Shown here: piece after piece, positions 52,009 to 64,000 of the stretch
How positions within the stretch are numbered: the stretch's first letter is position 1
How the letters are laid out: every line of letters starts with the position of its first letter
From: Prasinococcaceae sp. CCMP 1430
Taxonomy: Eukaryota > Plantae > Prasinodermophyta
Assembly (NCBI GenBank): GCA_013416795.1
Contig: RQSC01000011.1
Location: forward strand, 50,721 to 114,720
DNA length: 64,000 nt
Reading direction: 5' to 3'
Notes under the pieces: model-generated
Told to the model about the DNA's origin: nothing
Seen by the model: the letters and a program-made list of their open reading frames with translations, nothing else
Database searches by the model: none
Position numbers and translations under genes: made by a program

Positions 52009-53274
52009 CTACTCCCTCTTTGTGCCGGTGACGCACGCCCATTCCCCCATGGTTGCTACTTCGAGCCGATCGAAGTGCGCGGCATATGCAGCGAGCACTT
52101 CTTCGGCCTGCGCGCCGGCAAGGAGTCCTGACAGCACCAGCTTGGCGCCGGGACGCGCGTACGCCGCCAGGGCTGGCTCAAGCGACAGGAGTGGCCCGCG
52201 AAGGATGTTGGCCACGACGACGTCAAAGGTCGTGCTGGCCTCTGCGGACAGCGGGCTAGCGTGGGGGTCCTCCGGGTCGACAATATAGCAGCGAAAGGCG
52301 TCCTCTTGGAAGCCGTTGAGGCGCGCGTTGACCTCTGCGACGTTCACCGCCATCGGATCGATGTCGACGCCCACCGCATAGCCTGCGCCCATGCGCAGCG
52401 CGAGAATGGCCAAAACGCCCGACCCGGCGCCGTAGTCCAGCACACTGTCGCCCTTGCAAACCATTCGCCGCAGTGATGCCATGCAGAGTCGCGTTGTCGG
52501 GTGGTCGCCTGTCCCGAAGGCCACCCCGGGCTGCAGGATGAGCTCCATCGCGCCCTCGGGTGCCTCGAACGTCTCGCCCTCGTCGCTTTCTTCGTCCTGC
52601 CAGTCTGGCACGATCCACACGCCAGGTACGGCCTCCGTCGGGCGGTACGACGCCTTTATGTGCGCCACCCAATCTTGCGGTCTGCAGTCTGTATCGTCCG
52701 CCTCCCATGGCGGTGCGCCGCCCTCGAGCTCGGCCGCATCGGCGGCTGCGCGCACGAGCCACCCGATGTTTGTGTCGGCGGGCGCGAAGAAGCGCAGCTG
52801 AGTGTGGCCGAGCGCAAGGGAGACATCGAGGCAGCAAAAACGAGAGATTGGGCGGCAACGCGCGTGCCAGTCAGCCACACACGCCCTACGCGGCCAGCGT
52901 ATGGCCGGCGCCGGGCGCTCTGCGCGCATCGACGCACCAGACTGTCGTCCCACAAGAGCTCTCTCTTGCGGTCGGCCTCGTCCATGGCTGGGGGCGAGGG
53001 GCAGAAGCGCAGCAGGCGTCAGACTCGGCGTCCAAAAAACGTCGCAGACGGCTGCGCGCGCGCGTGCGCCTGTAGTGTGCGTACGTGTGTGTGTGCGGCG
53101 TGTGTCAGTCCCGCGCGTTCCTGCTGCGCACGCACCGAGCCAGTTGGCAGGGCCCCGCGCGATGCGCTGCTCCCTGTCGCTGCCAGCGTTGCGGTCGGTC
53201 ACGGTGACCGAGAGCGCACCAAGCGAGAGCAGACAGTCTGCCATGTCATCTGCGCGTGAGCCTGCGACGGGCAT
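52009..53274 (-). CDS. prmA: Ribosomal protein L11 methyltransferase PrmA; exons 53274-53136, 52987-52938 and 52797-52009; start may lie further upstream
   Basis: QDWVAHIKASY, LQPGVAFGTGDHPTTRLC, VLDYGAGSGVLAI, DIDP, DVVVANIL, LVLSGLL. Confidence 0.92.
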   Translation of the reverse strand: MPVAGSRADDMADCLLSLGALSVTVTDRNAGSDREQRIARGPANWLGACAAGTRGTDTRRTHTRTHTTGARARAAVCDVFWTPSLTPAALLPLAPSHGRGRPQERALVGRQSGASMRAERPAPAIRWPRRACVADWHARCRPISRFCCLDVSLALGHTQLRFFAPADTNIGWLVRAAADAAELEGGAPPWEADDTDCRPQDWVAHIKASYRPTEAVPGVWIVPDWQDEESDEGETFEAPEGAMELILQPGVAFGTGDHPTTRLCMASLRRMVCKGDSVLDYGAGSGVLAILALRMGAGYAVGVDIDPMAVNVAEVNARLNGFQEDAFRCYIVDPEDPHASPLSAEASTTFDVVVANILRGPLLSLEPALAAYARPGAKLVLSGLLAGAQAEEVLAAYAAHFDRLEVATMGEWACVTGTKRE

Positions 53275-53981
53275 CGTCACCGATATGAGCGGCGCGGCCG
53301 CGCCAGACTCATCCGCTGGGAAGAGCGCCGCGCTCGCCCCGCCCGCCGCTGCTGCGCCCGCGTCTTCCGCTGGCTGGCTTTTTTTTAAAGGCTTTTTAGT
53401 AGGGTGTCACGAAGCCTAAATCTTTTTTTATTTATGGAATCTTGAAGCAAGCAGGAAAAAAGACCGCCCGCGGCAGCACCCTCGTACGGTGTGGTCTTCG
53501 TGTGACTCGCCCGTGGCTAGGTTTGACCTTATCATTTTTTAATACTGTACTGTACAGCACTTGACGTTTTTTTAGGGAGTGTGGGCGCACGCGTGCCGCT
53601 GAGCGGAGGGAGTTCGGGGTGCGCCGGAGCCCGAGCTCGCCTGCGCGTATTTAGGGGAGGACGAGCGTTTCAGGGTTTGCATGATTTGGATTCGCGCACG
53701 CGCGCGCGCACGCAGGCGCGTCGCGCGGCGCACGAGTGCGCGCGCGCGTGTGGGCCGCTGGCGCCTTGGTACCAACTGGAAGAAGCAATGCTGGGGGCAT
53801 GCGCGCGCTGCGGCGGGCCCTCAGGCGCCGATGCGGCCGCCCGAGCGCCGTCGGACCAGGCGCCACCAATGCAGACAGGCCAAGCCATGCATTACTGTCG
53901 CGCGGCGACACACGCGGCGCACGCGCCGGGCGCGGCCCGCGACGGCAGGCGCCCCCGGCACTCCTCGTGCGCGCGTGCGTC

Positions 53982-54828
53982 TCACGCGCGGCAGTCCTCG
54001 GGCTTGGGCGTGTGCGTGATCGGACGAGCGATGAGATACGCGTCCGGCGGGTCTAGCCGCTTGTAGTAGCCCTTCACCGTCTCTCGCACCTCGAAGCCGA
54101 GCTTCTTGTAAAAGCTCACCGCCTCATCGTTCGACGTCTGCGCCCGGCGCGCGCACACATGTGCGAACAGATCGCACCCGCGTCAGCCCGCGCAAAGAAA
54201 ACAACAAAGCACAGACGCAGGTGGCAGTCAGCAGCGTGCAGTGGCATGCATGCCCCACTGGCACGCGTGCTGCACCGAGGCACACTCGCGCGGCGTGCGC
54301 ACGCGTCTCAACGCGCCATGAGCGCGCCGCCGCTGACGCACCTGTACGTGCAGGTACACGTCGAGGAAGTTGGGATCCTGCTCGGCGAGCTTGATTGCAT
54401 TGCGCACCATTTGCGAGCCGACGCCGCGGCCGCGGTACGCAGGCAGCACGCCGAGCGTCATGATGTACAAGCGCGCGCCGCCGCTGGCCTTCTCGCAGCG
54501 GCACGCGATCCCTCCGACCACGATATCCGTGTAGTGCGCTGAGGGAGGCGGCCGCGCAGAGGCGCGCGGTCACACACGAGCGCGGACATGCGGTCAGTGG
54601 CAGTCGCTTTGGAGCGCGCAAAGGCCCGCGCGCAGGCCCGCGCGCGCGGTGCGACTCACCAAGCGACGAGAATTCCCCCGCCGTCATCGCGTCCGCGTAC
54701 ACCTTATCCTGATAGCGCACAGGGAAGATGCAGCGGTTGAGCGTGCGCAGCTGGTTCACGTTGCGATCGTGCACCGGATCGAGGCTCACATCGAGCACTG
54801 CTGCAGGTTGGCCGTCCACCGCCGCCAT
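53982..54828 (-). CDS. NAA50: N-alpha-acetyltransferase 50 (NatE catalytic subunit); exons 54828-54660, 54538-54342 and 54137-53982
   Basis: NVNQLRTLNRCIFPVRY, LYIMTLGVLPAYRGRGVGS, VYLHVQ/TSNDEAVSFYKKLGF...YYKRLDPPDA. Confidence 0.93.
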
Positions 54829-55134
54829 ACCTGCGACGAGGGTGGCCGGCGCCCTCCCCACTCACCACCGGCTTGGCGAAACTCCAACGCACGCCGCCCG
54901 GCCGCCCACCTGTGCGCCCTCGCGCTCGCTCGCGCACTCGTGCGCCTCCACCGTCCGGAGTTCGCTCGGCGCGAGGCGACGTGCCTCTCCCCCCTCACTC
55001 CAACCACCTTCTCCGCCTCTCCCGCCACACGCGCGTCCGGGAGCGCGGACGGCGCGCCCGCCTGCAGCACCCCGAGTGGCGCACACGCGTACGCGCGCGC
55101 GGGCATGCGCGCTCGCCCCACGCTCCGCACAAAT

Positions 55135-55142
55135 TTAGGGTT
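55135..55142. promoter_or_regulatory. Telo-box-like motif (TTAGGGTT) between NAA50 and the SPG11-like gene
   Basis: Partial telo-box in an AT-enriched divergent intergenic region. Confidence 0.3.
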
Positions 55143-55800
55143 AACCACATCCAAAACATGCATTTGTTTGCAGTACTCCCCCGCGGAACATGTTTGGGTT
55201 GCGATCGCCAGCCGCCACCACCTCTGCATACATTGTGACTTGATTTCCCAGAGGCATGTTTGGGGTCGAGCGGCGATTTCGGATGCGATGCATCGAGGGG
55301 CATTGCCTTCTAGAATTGATACGGGAAATGCGGCCTGCCTGCGCTTTGATGGTGCGCGTTCGGCGCCTGCTCGTCTGCGTCGGCGGCGTCGGCAGCGGCT
55401 CGGCCCCTACCCCCGGCGGGAGCGGCGCGGAGGCAGGCGGGGCTCTGGGCGGCCCCCAAGGCCTTCGCGAGGCCCTCGAGGCGTGCCGGCAACGCGCTGG
55501 CGCCGCGTCGGGGGGGGGGGGGAGCCTACCGCGCCCGCCGCGCCCGCCACGCCCGCCCAAGGCTGAGGCTCATCAGCTTCGAAACGCTCGCGCCGCCGGT
55601 GGGGGGGAAAAAGCGCACAAAAAAGACGCGGCGCATGTACAGTACCGGGTCGCGCCTCGCTCGCCGCCACAGCGCGTGCGCACGCGATGGTGCCAGCCCC
55701 CAGCCCCCTCTGCGGGGTGGGGGGGCTGGCGGGTGGGGGGTGAGGGCCGGCTTCGGAGCGACAGGGGTGAGGTGGCCAGGGTTCGACGAGGGCGCGGTCG

Positions 55801-58800
55801 ATGGCGACTGTGCGCGTCGCTGCGTGGGATGAAGGGGCGCTGCCGGGCGCGGCGGGCGGCGCGCGGCGCGCGGCGCACGCAGTGCATCTTCGGCGCTCGC
55901 GCCGTCGGGGAGGTATGCGGCGATGCTGGACGCCGCGGGCAGCGGCGGTGGCAGCGCGGGCGGCGGTGCGCCTCCCGCGGAGACTGGCGGGGTGGTGGCG
56001 GTGCAGCTGCCCGCGATGGGCGCCTTGCAGCGGCAGCTGCGCGCGGTCGAGCCGGGGATGCCTGGCACCGGCGCGGCATGGCTGCTGGAGAGCGAGGACG
56101 CAGACTTTGCGACAGGCCGAGACAAGTCGCCGCTCGAGGTGCTGCTCGTGGCCACCGAGGGAGGGCTGCGTGCATTGTCATTTCCACCGGATGCAGGCCG
56201 CCGCGCAGGTCGGGAGGAGCACCCACCTCTGCCTGCCGCCGGTGGCGGCGGCGGCCAGCAACGCGTCCGCCCGACCTGCCGCGGCGCTGTTCGGCTGCCG
56301 CTCGCAGGCGCCGATGGGCAAGCGGCGGCAGTCACGTTCCCCAGCGGATCCGCAACGCTTGCTGCGCTGGCGAGCCTTCCGGATAGCACACATGTCGAGG
56401 TTCGCAGTGTCGCAGCGTGCAGGGGCGGCACCGCAGTGGTCGTGCGCGTCCGCTGCACGTTGCAGCCGCTATCGTCCCCTGCGCGGGCCTCCGAGTACGC
56501 CGCATCGAGCAGCGAGATACAGAGCGACAGCGACGGGGACAGCACGGACGCGGCCCATCCAGGCGACGGCGACAAGCTGACGGATTGCGAAGGGGCGGCT
56601 TTCCTGCTGCTCCAGGACGGCGAGCTCTTGCCGGCCGGGTTCGTCGCTCTCGGCGGGATCGACGAAGACCCATGGACGGCGTGCGAAGTGTCGGGGACGG
56701 CGTTGCTTCTGCTGCATCGCAGCGGCGAGCTTCACGCGTGGGCTAATGCGTTGCGAGCGGGCGCCGGAGCGGAGAGCTCGGCACGGTGCGCCATAGGGGT
56801 GCCACCAGTCGTGATTGCTAATCCGACGGCCTCCATGGCAGACCACTGGCGCGCGCTGGCAGTGCTCGCCAGCGAGGACGGCTGCGTGGCAATAGTATCG
56901 GCTGGCACCGTCACCACCAGTGTGCCAATAGATGACATCATGACGATAGACACGTGCGACGCCAGCATCGACGACACGGGCGCTGGCTCCCTGACTGGCA
57001 ATTCTCCCGAGCAGCTGTTTTGGTGCGATAGGAGCACCTGCAGCGAGTGGCAGGGTGGCCCCGGCCGCACGGAGGCCATGATGCGACGCGCGGATGCAGC
57101 CTTGGCGATAGCGGCGCGTGCCGAAGGCGGGAGCACATGGGCACCGACGACGTCGTTCGCCGCTGGTGGTGAACGCCGGCGAAGGCGTGCTATGCGGGAG
57201 AAGCAATCACGGGCGGCGTCAGCGGGCAGGCGGCGGGTGCTGTTGCCGTTGGTGGCGCACTCCCAGGAGGTGGACACGCTGTTGTTCCCAGGCGAGCGAG
57301 ACAGCGTCGCCATCGTCACAGTCTCGAAGGCCTCAGGTCGCGCACTCTCCATTGCATTCAGGCCTCTGTGCGATCGCGACGAGCGCGAGAGTGGCGGTGC
57401 CGACGTGCGCGATGTTGAGACTGACATTGCCAGCCTCGATGGCACGGTGTGCTCGCTGGGTTCTTGCGTGTATCTTCTCACTGCCACTGGGCTCGTGGCC
57501 GTCCTCCCCTCGACAGACAGCGGAGCGTCGCAGTCGCAGCGCGGACTCCGCGCCTTACTGGAGCGCGGTGGGGCCACCGCGGCGGTGGCTGTGCGTTCGC
57601 TGAACAGATGGAGCGCCGAGCTAGTTGCTGAGTGTTTGCTTGACCGTGCCCTCAACGAGGTCATGGCCATTGAAGCCCAGGATGTGCTGGACGTGAGTGC
57701 AGGGTTCTCGATGACCGCGCGTGAGCAGCTCCCTGCCGTCCTCGCGGACGTCTCTCGCGCACTGGACAATGCCGTCGATGCGAAATGGGTAGTCCCCGCG
57801 CTCCGCAAGGTTCTGCGCGTCGCCGCGTCATCGCCATCATCGATGCGCGACAAGCTGCTGAGGCTGGGCGCGCAAACCATCCCCCGCGCTCTGCGGATTT
57901 TCTCTGAATCAAGTGATGGTTCCGCGAGCGAGCTTTGTCATTACTTGGTGCTCATCCGACGGCTCCAGCACGAGAACGCGAACGACGGTGATACCACTGA
58001 GATCGGCATCGCGACCATGGCCACGCCCTTGCCGCACAATACCAGGAGCGGCGGCGAAGCGGCGCCGCACACGGCGCCCCCTGCAATGCCATCGTCAACT
58101 GCTATGCGCCATCTGAGTGGCACGAGGAAGCTCCGCAGGTCTCTGTTCGGAGCGGAGTCAACTGGCGACAGCCCGCCGGCACATGCAATGTCTGCCACGC
58201 AAAGGCAAGAAGGGCGAAGGGTAGCGCCATCTGCGGGAGAGCGAGAAGACCATGAGGCGCTCGTCACGCGGTGGCAGCGCGGGCGGATGAATGCCATTGA
58301 GATAGTTCAAGAGGCTCTGCTGACGAATCGCCTATCCACGGCCATGGCCCACCTCGTCGAGAAAGGTCAGCGCCTGGGTCCCGAGCGCGTGATCGAGTTG
58401 GCGCGTGCACTGGCTTACAGGCTCATTTGGCAAGCTAAGGGCGACAAGGCGGTCTCCACGCTGTGGCGAGCCGGCGATCAACCAATCAAGGCGCTGAAGT
58501 GGTTGCGGGAGGCCACCGTGTATCGAAGGTTGCGCCGACTCCTCCGAGACCTGTTGGGTAGGATCCATGATGGGGCGGAGAGCACGCGGACGGACGACGA
58601 ACTCTGGCAGGCGATGGAGCGCCTGGAGGCGTTGTACCCCAACGAGAGCTACGCCCGTGCGAGCGAGGGGCTGCCGACCAGCTCTCTTGACTTCTTCGCT
58701 TGTGGGGACATCGGGTTTGAGAGCACAGGCAGTGGCAGCTACGAACCGTGGCAGCTCGATGACGTTGCGCACACCGTCGACGGACTCCCGACTCATGCGA

Positions 58801-61800
58801 GCAGCAGCAGCGGCCCATACATGTGTCTGCCGGCGGCATGGGTACGCGAGTGGGATGCAGAGACGTTGGCGCGTGTGGAAATTGAGGGCCGCGCGCTTGG
58901 CCTGCTCTCACATGGGGCAGGAGCTGACGCGCATCGGAGGGCGTGGAGCCCGCCATCACGACCAATGCTCCCACACGAGTGGACGGGCGGAATGCAGATT
59001 TTAGTGGAGAGGCCAATGCCGGCCGAGCTCGAAGCGTGGGTGAGTGCTGTGCCACAGTCCTCCCTGGTGAGGCAGAGTGTGCACACCCCTGAGGGCACGA
59101 TTCAGATGTTGGCGCTGCCCTCCGGCGTCTGGGAGAAGATAGCCGCAAGAGCGCTGCCGTCGCAGCGAGCCGTGCTCGAGCAGGCCTTGCTGCGCGAGGG
59201 GGTGATCAGCGATGAGATGCTAGATGCTCAGGACGTGCCCCTGCATACGCTGGCTCGTGCAGGCCTCGTTTCTGCCGACGACGTGCCCAGCACTGCTTGT
59301 CACCTTGGATCGGCGAAGCTGGCGGCAAAGGTGGCGTCGCTTCGCCTCGCGCACACACTCGGGGCGTGCGTGCGCTGGAATGGACCCGCGCAGGTCTTTG
59401 ACGTCCTCTCGCATGACAACTGGGCTGCGTGGCAGATCCTTGCTCGCTGGGATGGTCGTGCTCTCGACGCCGCAGTAGAGAATATACGGTGGTTGGACAA
59501 CGAGGACTCTGATGTCCCGAACGATGCTTTGCTGGAGGGACTGGCCAAGCGAGAAGGCGGTCCTTTAGCTGTCCTGTGCATTCTTTCGCAGTCGACCGTC
59601 GCTCTGGAGGAGTGTCTCTCGTCGCAACACCGCGCCATTGCACGGGACGCCTACGTCCCACACGTGCGTCTGAATAGCCTCGCATCGCTCGCCGACACCC
59701 ACCCAGTGCTCTGGCACGTGCTAGCCGCGTGCGCCAACCCGCTCCCTGAGATGTCGCCTCGAGAGCTTGAATACCAAGCAGTGGACAATGCAACGCCCCG
59801 CGACGTCGCGATCAACGTAGGAGAATCGCAGGTGCTGGACCATTACATTGCATGGCGGCGCAGGCAGTTCCTGTGTTCTGGTGGCGACGCGTCGCTTGTG
59901 GATCTCGTGCGGCACGACGTCCCGGAGAGCATCCGGAGCATGCTGGAGCGGGCCACCAGCTGCCCTCGCGAGGCTGGCGCAATCGCAGCGGCCGGCGATG
60001 GCTTCGAGCACAGTGCGCTTGCGCTCATTCACGAGTGGGAGGACACATGCTGGTCAGAGATCGATCGCATCGCTCTGCCTGATAGCACTCCACCAGACTC
60101 GCCGATAAGCGAGCTTGAGGACCTGCTGGTCGAAGGGCGTGCCCTCGCCGCGCTGGAGGTCGCTCTGTCTAAGGACCAGCACGGCGTTGCGATGGACCTG
60201 CTCATAGCGGCTTCCAGAGCTGCAGCCACCCGTGCCTTCTCGGAGGACTGTGCCGTTGCAGCTGCGGTCGTAGCAACGCTGCTCGCCGGCGACAACGAGG
60301 CTGCGGCATCCATTCGTTGCGACGTGGCAGCGCTGCGGCGCGTTGCGATGATAGACGCCCCGCGCTCTGCCTTCATTGCAGCCGCCCTTCGCGACAGTTT
60401 CGCACAGACGGTAGCATCGCCTCAGACTCGCCCGTCGATCAGTGCAGCTGCCACGGATCTTGTCAAGGCGCTGCTCGAGTGCGAACTTTCGCACGAGGGC
60501 AGAAGCGCGGCCAGCGTGAGCCGCATGGCTCTCCCTGCCGCCGTCATCAAGCGCCATGGTCTCGACGGGCGCATTGTTGAGTCGCACCTTCAGCGCCTCG
60601 CTGCCGGAGACGACTGGTTGTCCGTTCTCAGCGAGGCCGAAGTCCTTCGTGTACCACGACAGGCTGTGCTGGATGTGATCAGCGCGGCGCCGGGGAAAGG
60701 GGTCAATCGCGCCAACAAGGATGACTCCCACGCGTGGTGGCGCCACCATGCAACTCGAGCGCTCGGTGGAGACAAGTTGAGCTGGGAGGCGTTCGAGCGT
60801 CGGCCCAAGTACGAACTCCTTGCCCTTGCAGCGCGTGTTGAAAACGGGAGCATGGGGACCACCGAGCTCGTACCGCTGTGCCGCTCCCTCGGCTGGCCCG
60901 CACTCGCCGTCACCGCGGCTGCCTTGGGCGTCGATCCTGCCAGCGCTGCAGCGGCATGGATGGAGGCAACGACGGGAACACAGGGCAACGCAGTGTTGTT
61001 GCAGTGCAGAAACTTCGTGATGCGGCGCTGGCGCGCCTGGCCAGCCGGCGATGAGGACGCAAGCACACAGATGGGTGCTCCTGTCGAGGCGAAGGCAGAC
61101 CTGGCAGCCACGACTTCAGCGCTGTGCGCGCTTCGCCTCCACACACCCGTGGCACGGGCGTTCGAGATATTCAAGCCGTGCCCCGTTCTCGCGCTGGCGG
61201 CCGCCAGCGTCCGATGCGCATCGACCAGACACTCGGAGGCCGTTGCCGACGCGCTGGAGCGGTTGCACGCCGAACTCTGCAAACTCGCTGGCGACGGCGT
61301 GAGTGCGGAGGATACCTCATCCCTCGAGTCGAAATTCGACGCCGTCGCCCGCCAGGCAAAGTGCCGGACGGCGTGCATTGGCGTGCTCTGCATCTTTGAC
61401 ACGTACCTCGCGCGCACGCGTTCCGTGTGGGAAAATCGTGGATTCATCGATGCGCTCCAGGCGTCGCGGCTGTGCGACGCCAGCTCGGCCCCGCGTACGT
61501 TCGCGCGCGCGATCGAGAGCACAGTCGTCAGGTACAACGCGACTTGTACGTTGGCTGCTGCCGGCGGAGGCGTCGGCGACGCTACAGCAAGTGGTACGCT
61601 TCCACTGGCAGAGGTGTTGGAGGGCCGTTCCAACTTTGATGAAGGGCTGCTGAAGAGACTGACGAGTGCTGGCGAATGGGACCGAGCCTTCGAGTGGGCA
61701 GGGGTGCTGGACGGCGTCGAAGGGGCGTGCGTCATTGCAATGGAAGCCGATGGTGATGCTGAGCTCCTGGATGGCTGGATGCCGCTGGCATGCGATAGAG

Positions 61801-64000
61801 AGGGCGTAGATGACAGAGCCCGTGACTCGGATGGCAGGAGCTTATCCCTGAGCGATACCACAGGCAAGCAGCGCCGGTCGAAGGCCATTGCGCGCGTGTG
61901 CGGTCCACGTGGCAAGGACGTGGCCATCGCAGCTGCGTCCGAGCTCGTGGAGGACTGGCGCACGTGGCTCGGTGACACTGCCGATGCAGAGGACGTGACC
62001 ATGTGGCAGGAGATCAACGAGCTCTTCACGAGCAGAGACGTCGATTCCGCGACTGCTGGGCGCTTTGCCCTAGCGAAAGCGGATGCCCTGCGCGAGCGCG
62101 GCGCGTCTCCTGCTGCCGAGCGTGCCGCCGCCTCCGCGGCGTATGATTGGCTCGCATCCGGACCGCAAGATGTTCTCTCTGATCGTGCCGTCGAGCTCTT
62201 GCAGCGGCGGGTGTGGCTACTCGGCGCAAAGGGCGCGACAGTCCCTACGCCCGAGGCGGAGAACCAGAGTCTCGTGCTGCTCGCCATATGGAGGCTCCTC
62301 GAGGAGGGTCAGGTTGGGGCTGCGGCACGTCTCGCGCAGGAGTGCGACTATCTGCCCCGCGAGCTGGCGCTGTGCGAGGCGGCGGCTGCGGCGGCCGCGT
62401 CGCCCCTCCCGCCCGTCACATCCTTGCCGTCGCTAGGCGAAGAGGCAGTGTCGCACCTCCCCCCGGAGGCCCTGACTGTCGGAACTGACGCATTGGCGGC
62501 GGTCCGTGCCATCAGCGAAGCCATTGAGCCGGGGCGCGGGCGCTCCTTTGTTGAGAGGGTGGGCGCTGCCCTGGCTGCGGCCAGGGTGCTCGAGAGGACG
62601 TACCCCGAGGCGATGGCGGCCGAGCCCCAGGCTTTGCTCGAGGATCTGCTGAGATGGGCGGCCGCGTTCGAGACCGTCATCCCGCGTGAAGGCGAAATCA
62701 GCGAGGAGTGGGCTCTGTGTCGCCGCTACGTCAATGCGCACGCGTCGAGCGGAGCGGGCGCGCGCCCGGCGGACGCGCTCGCCTCGCTGCTGCTCGAGGG
62801 CTCCCTCGGCGGCGCGGCCCCTCGAGGGGCTCCTTGCCGACGCCTCACGAGGCTGGTTCGGTCGAGTGCTGCGTTGGCCAGGTCGGTGGCCACCTGCGCT
62901 GGCACCCATGCTGACGAGGTGGCGCACGCGCTTGTGAGGCGCACCCTGGAGCGCCGCCAGCAGCTGTCCGCGCCAGTCGAAGCCACTGCACTATCGGTGG
63001 CCGCTAGGCTATACGAGAGTGCTGGCGCTCGGGGCCTCGAGGGCGCCGACGTACTCGTATCTATCGCGAGTGCGCAAGCGCTTGACTGGTGTCAACAAGC
63101 GCTTTCGCAGCATCTGAACGATGGGCCAGACCTGCATCGAAAGAGGGACTCCGACGACTGCGCCCCTGCCATGGTTGCGCTTGCCCGCATCGCTTCTGTG
63201 GTGGTAAGCGACGCGCGTGCGCACACGGCCGGGATCGTCGATGCTGTCGTGCGAGGTCGTGCTGTGCGTGAGACGATCAGCGAGTTCCTAGCGCTCGCGG
63301 CGGATCTGGATGCCTTCGAAGGGGGCAGCAATGTTGCCAGGGCCTGTGCGAGTCCGCGTGATAGTGAGATGAACACCATGGGTTCCCTTGGAGGGCGTGG
63401 GAGTGCAGATTTTGGTGCAGATTTGGCGGTTGGCACTGGACCTAACGCCGCGCCCAAGCTCTCCACGTCTGTTGGTCGTAGCTTCATCGCGGCGCTGCTG
63501 GCGGCTGCTGAGCGCGTCGGGGGTGATGCGGGCCGCGAGGCGGCCGCGACGCTAAAGGACACGTGTCGCCTTGCACGCCTCGAGGGAGAGGCCCTTCGCG
63601 AGGCGGCTCTAGACATGATTGCAGCGGTCGCCGGAGTTGGCGGCACGCCATCGGAGGAATTCAACGGTGCTTCCACGCCACTAGGCCATGCCGCATCAGC
63701 AGGCGCGCCCGGCGCGGGCTCGCGTGGAGCGGCGGCCGTCGCGACCCCATCGCCCATCGCGGCGCTCAAGGCGCGTTTCGGTCTTTTCGACAGCCCCCGC
63801 CCAGCCACGAGCCCGTCCACAGACAAAGCCAGGGGCAAGGCGCTTCTCGCATCGGCGCACACGAGTCTCGCGGTGGCGTCGAGGCGCCTCGCCACCGCGG
63901 GCTGTGCGCGCGAGGCGGGGCGCTGCGAGGCGCTAGCCGCCGCGGTGGAGATGGCAGTCGACATGGTGCAGGCACCTATGCGCCTCACGCCCAATGTTGC
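55801..64000 (+). CDS. SPG11: Spatacsin (SPG11)-like giant protein; 3'-partial, exact start uncertain
   Basis: Frame +3 appears open from 55833 to the window end (>2700 codons). I spot-checked it, and the ORF track lists nothing in that frame, consistent with a run-off ORF. It has a propeller-like N-terminus (SALAPSGRYAAML), MERLEALYPNES...FACGDI...YMCLPAAWVREWDAETLARVEIE matching remembered spatacsin motifs, and then an alpha-solenoid. Confidence 0.75.

Noticed and set aside
55140-55330. AT-richer patch with CATGTTTGGG twice, as a possible ncRNA or small ORF
   Set aside because: No recognisable RNA boxes or coding motifs; adequately explained as the NAA50/SPG11 divergent promoter.

Overview
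A very GC-rich, gene-dense, intron-containing eukaryotic nuclear region, probably from a green alga (prasinophyte-like). The basis is GTGCGC/GTGAGC...CTGAC...CAG introns, TGTAA 3' signals, a plant-type S6 kinase and organelle-targeted bacterial-type genes. About 27 protein-coding loci are supported, often as divergent pairs: VDAC, EAF1, Tim17-family, ubiquitin-eS31, Der, ENY2, TBCB, DRC3, BASS, oligopeptidase B, synaptotagmin-like, S6K, bestrophin-like, cupin, AFG1, BOP1, RPC4, EttA, ANK-LRR, PrmA and NAA50. A >8 kb spatacsin (SPG11)-like ORF is absent from the supplied ORF track because it runs off the window end. The most unusual area is 21.4-28 kb. It holds an EF-hand/TM/Trp-rich/TSP3-repeat/Pro-rich surface protein, followed by four same-orientation copies of a ~55-90 bp repeat that separate unrelated gene pieces: an AP2 fragment, a 615-aa mosaic SIM/Zn-ribbon/HEAT/AT-hook/PAH ORF, and an antisense intron-containing fragment. 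Other oddities are a GNAT-like/PlsC acyltransferase fusion and an eS31 that has lost its zinc ligands. Three N-gaps (4115-4299, 24611-24637, 33019-33946) limit some models. No tRNA, rRNA or CRISPR array could be supported. All family assignments are by eye from remembered motifs; no searches were run.
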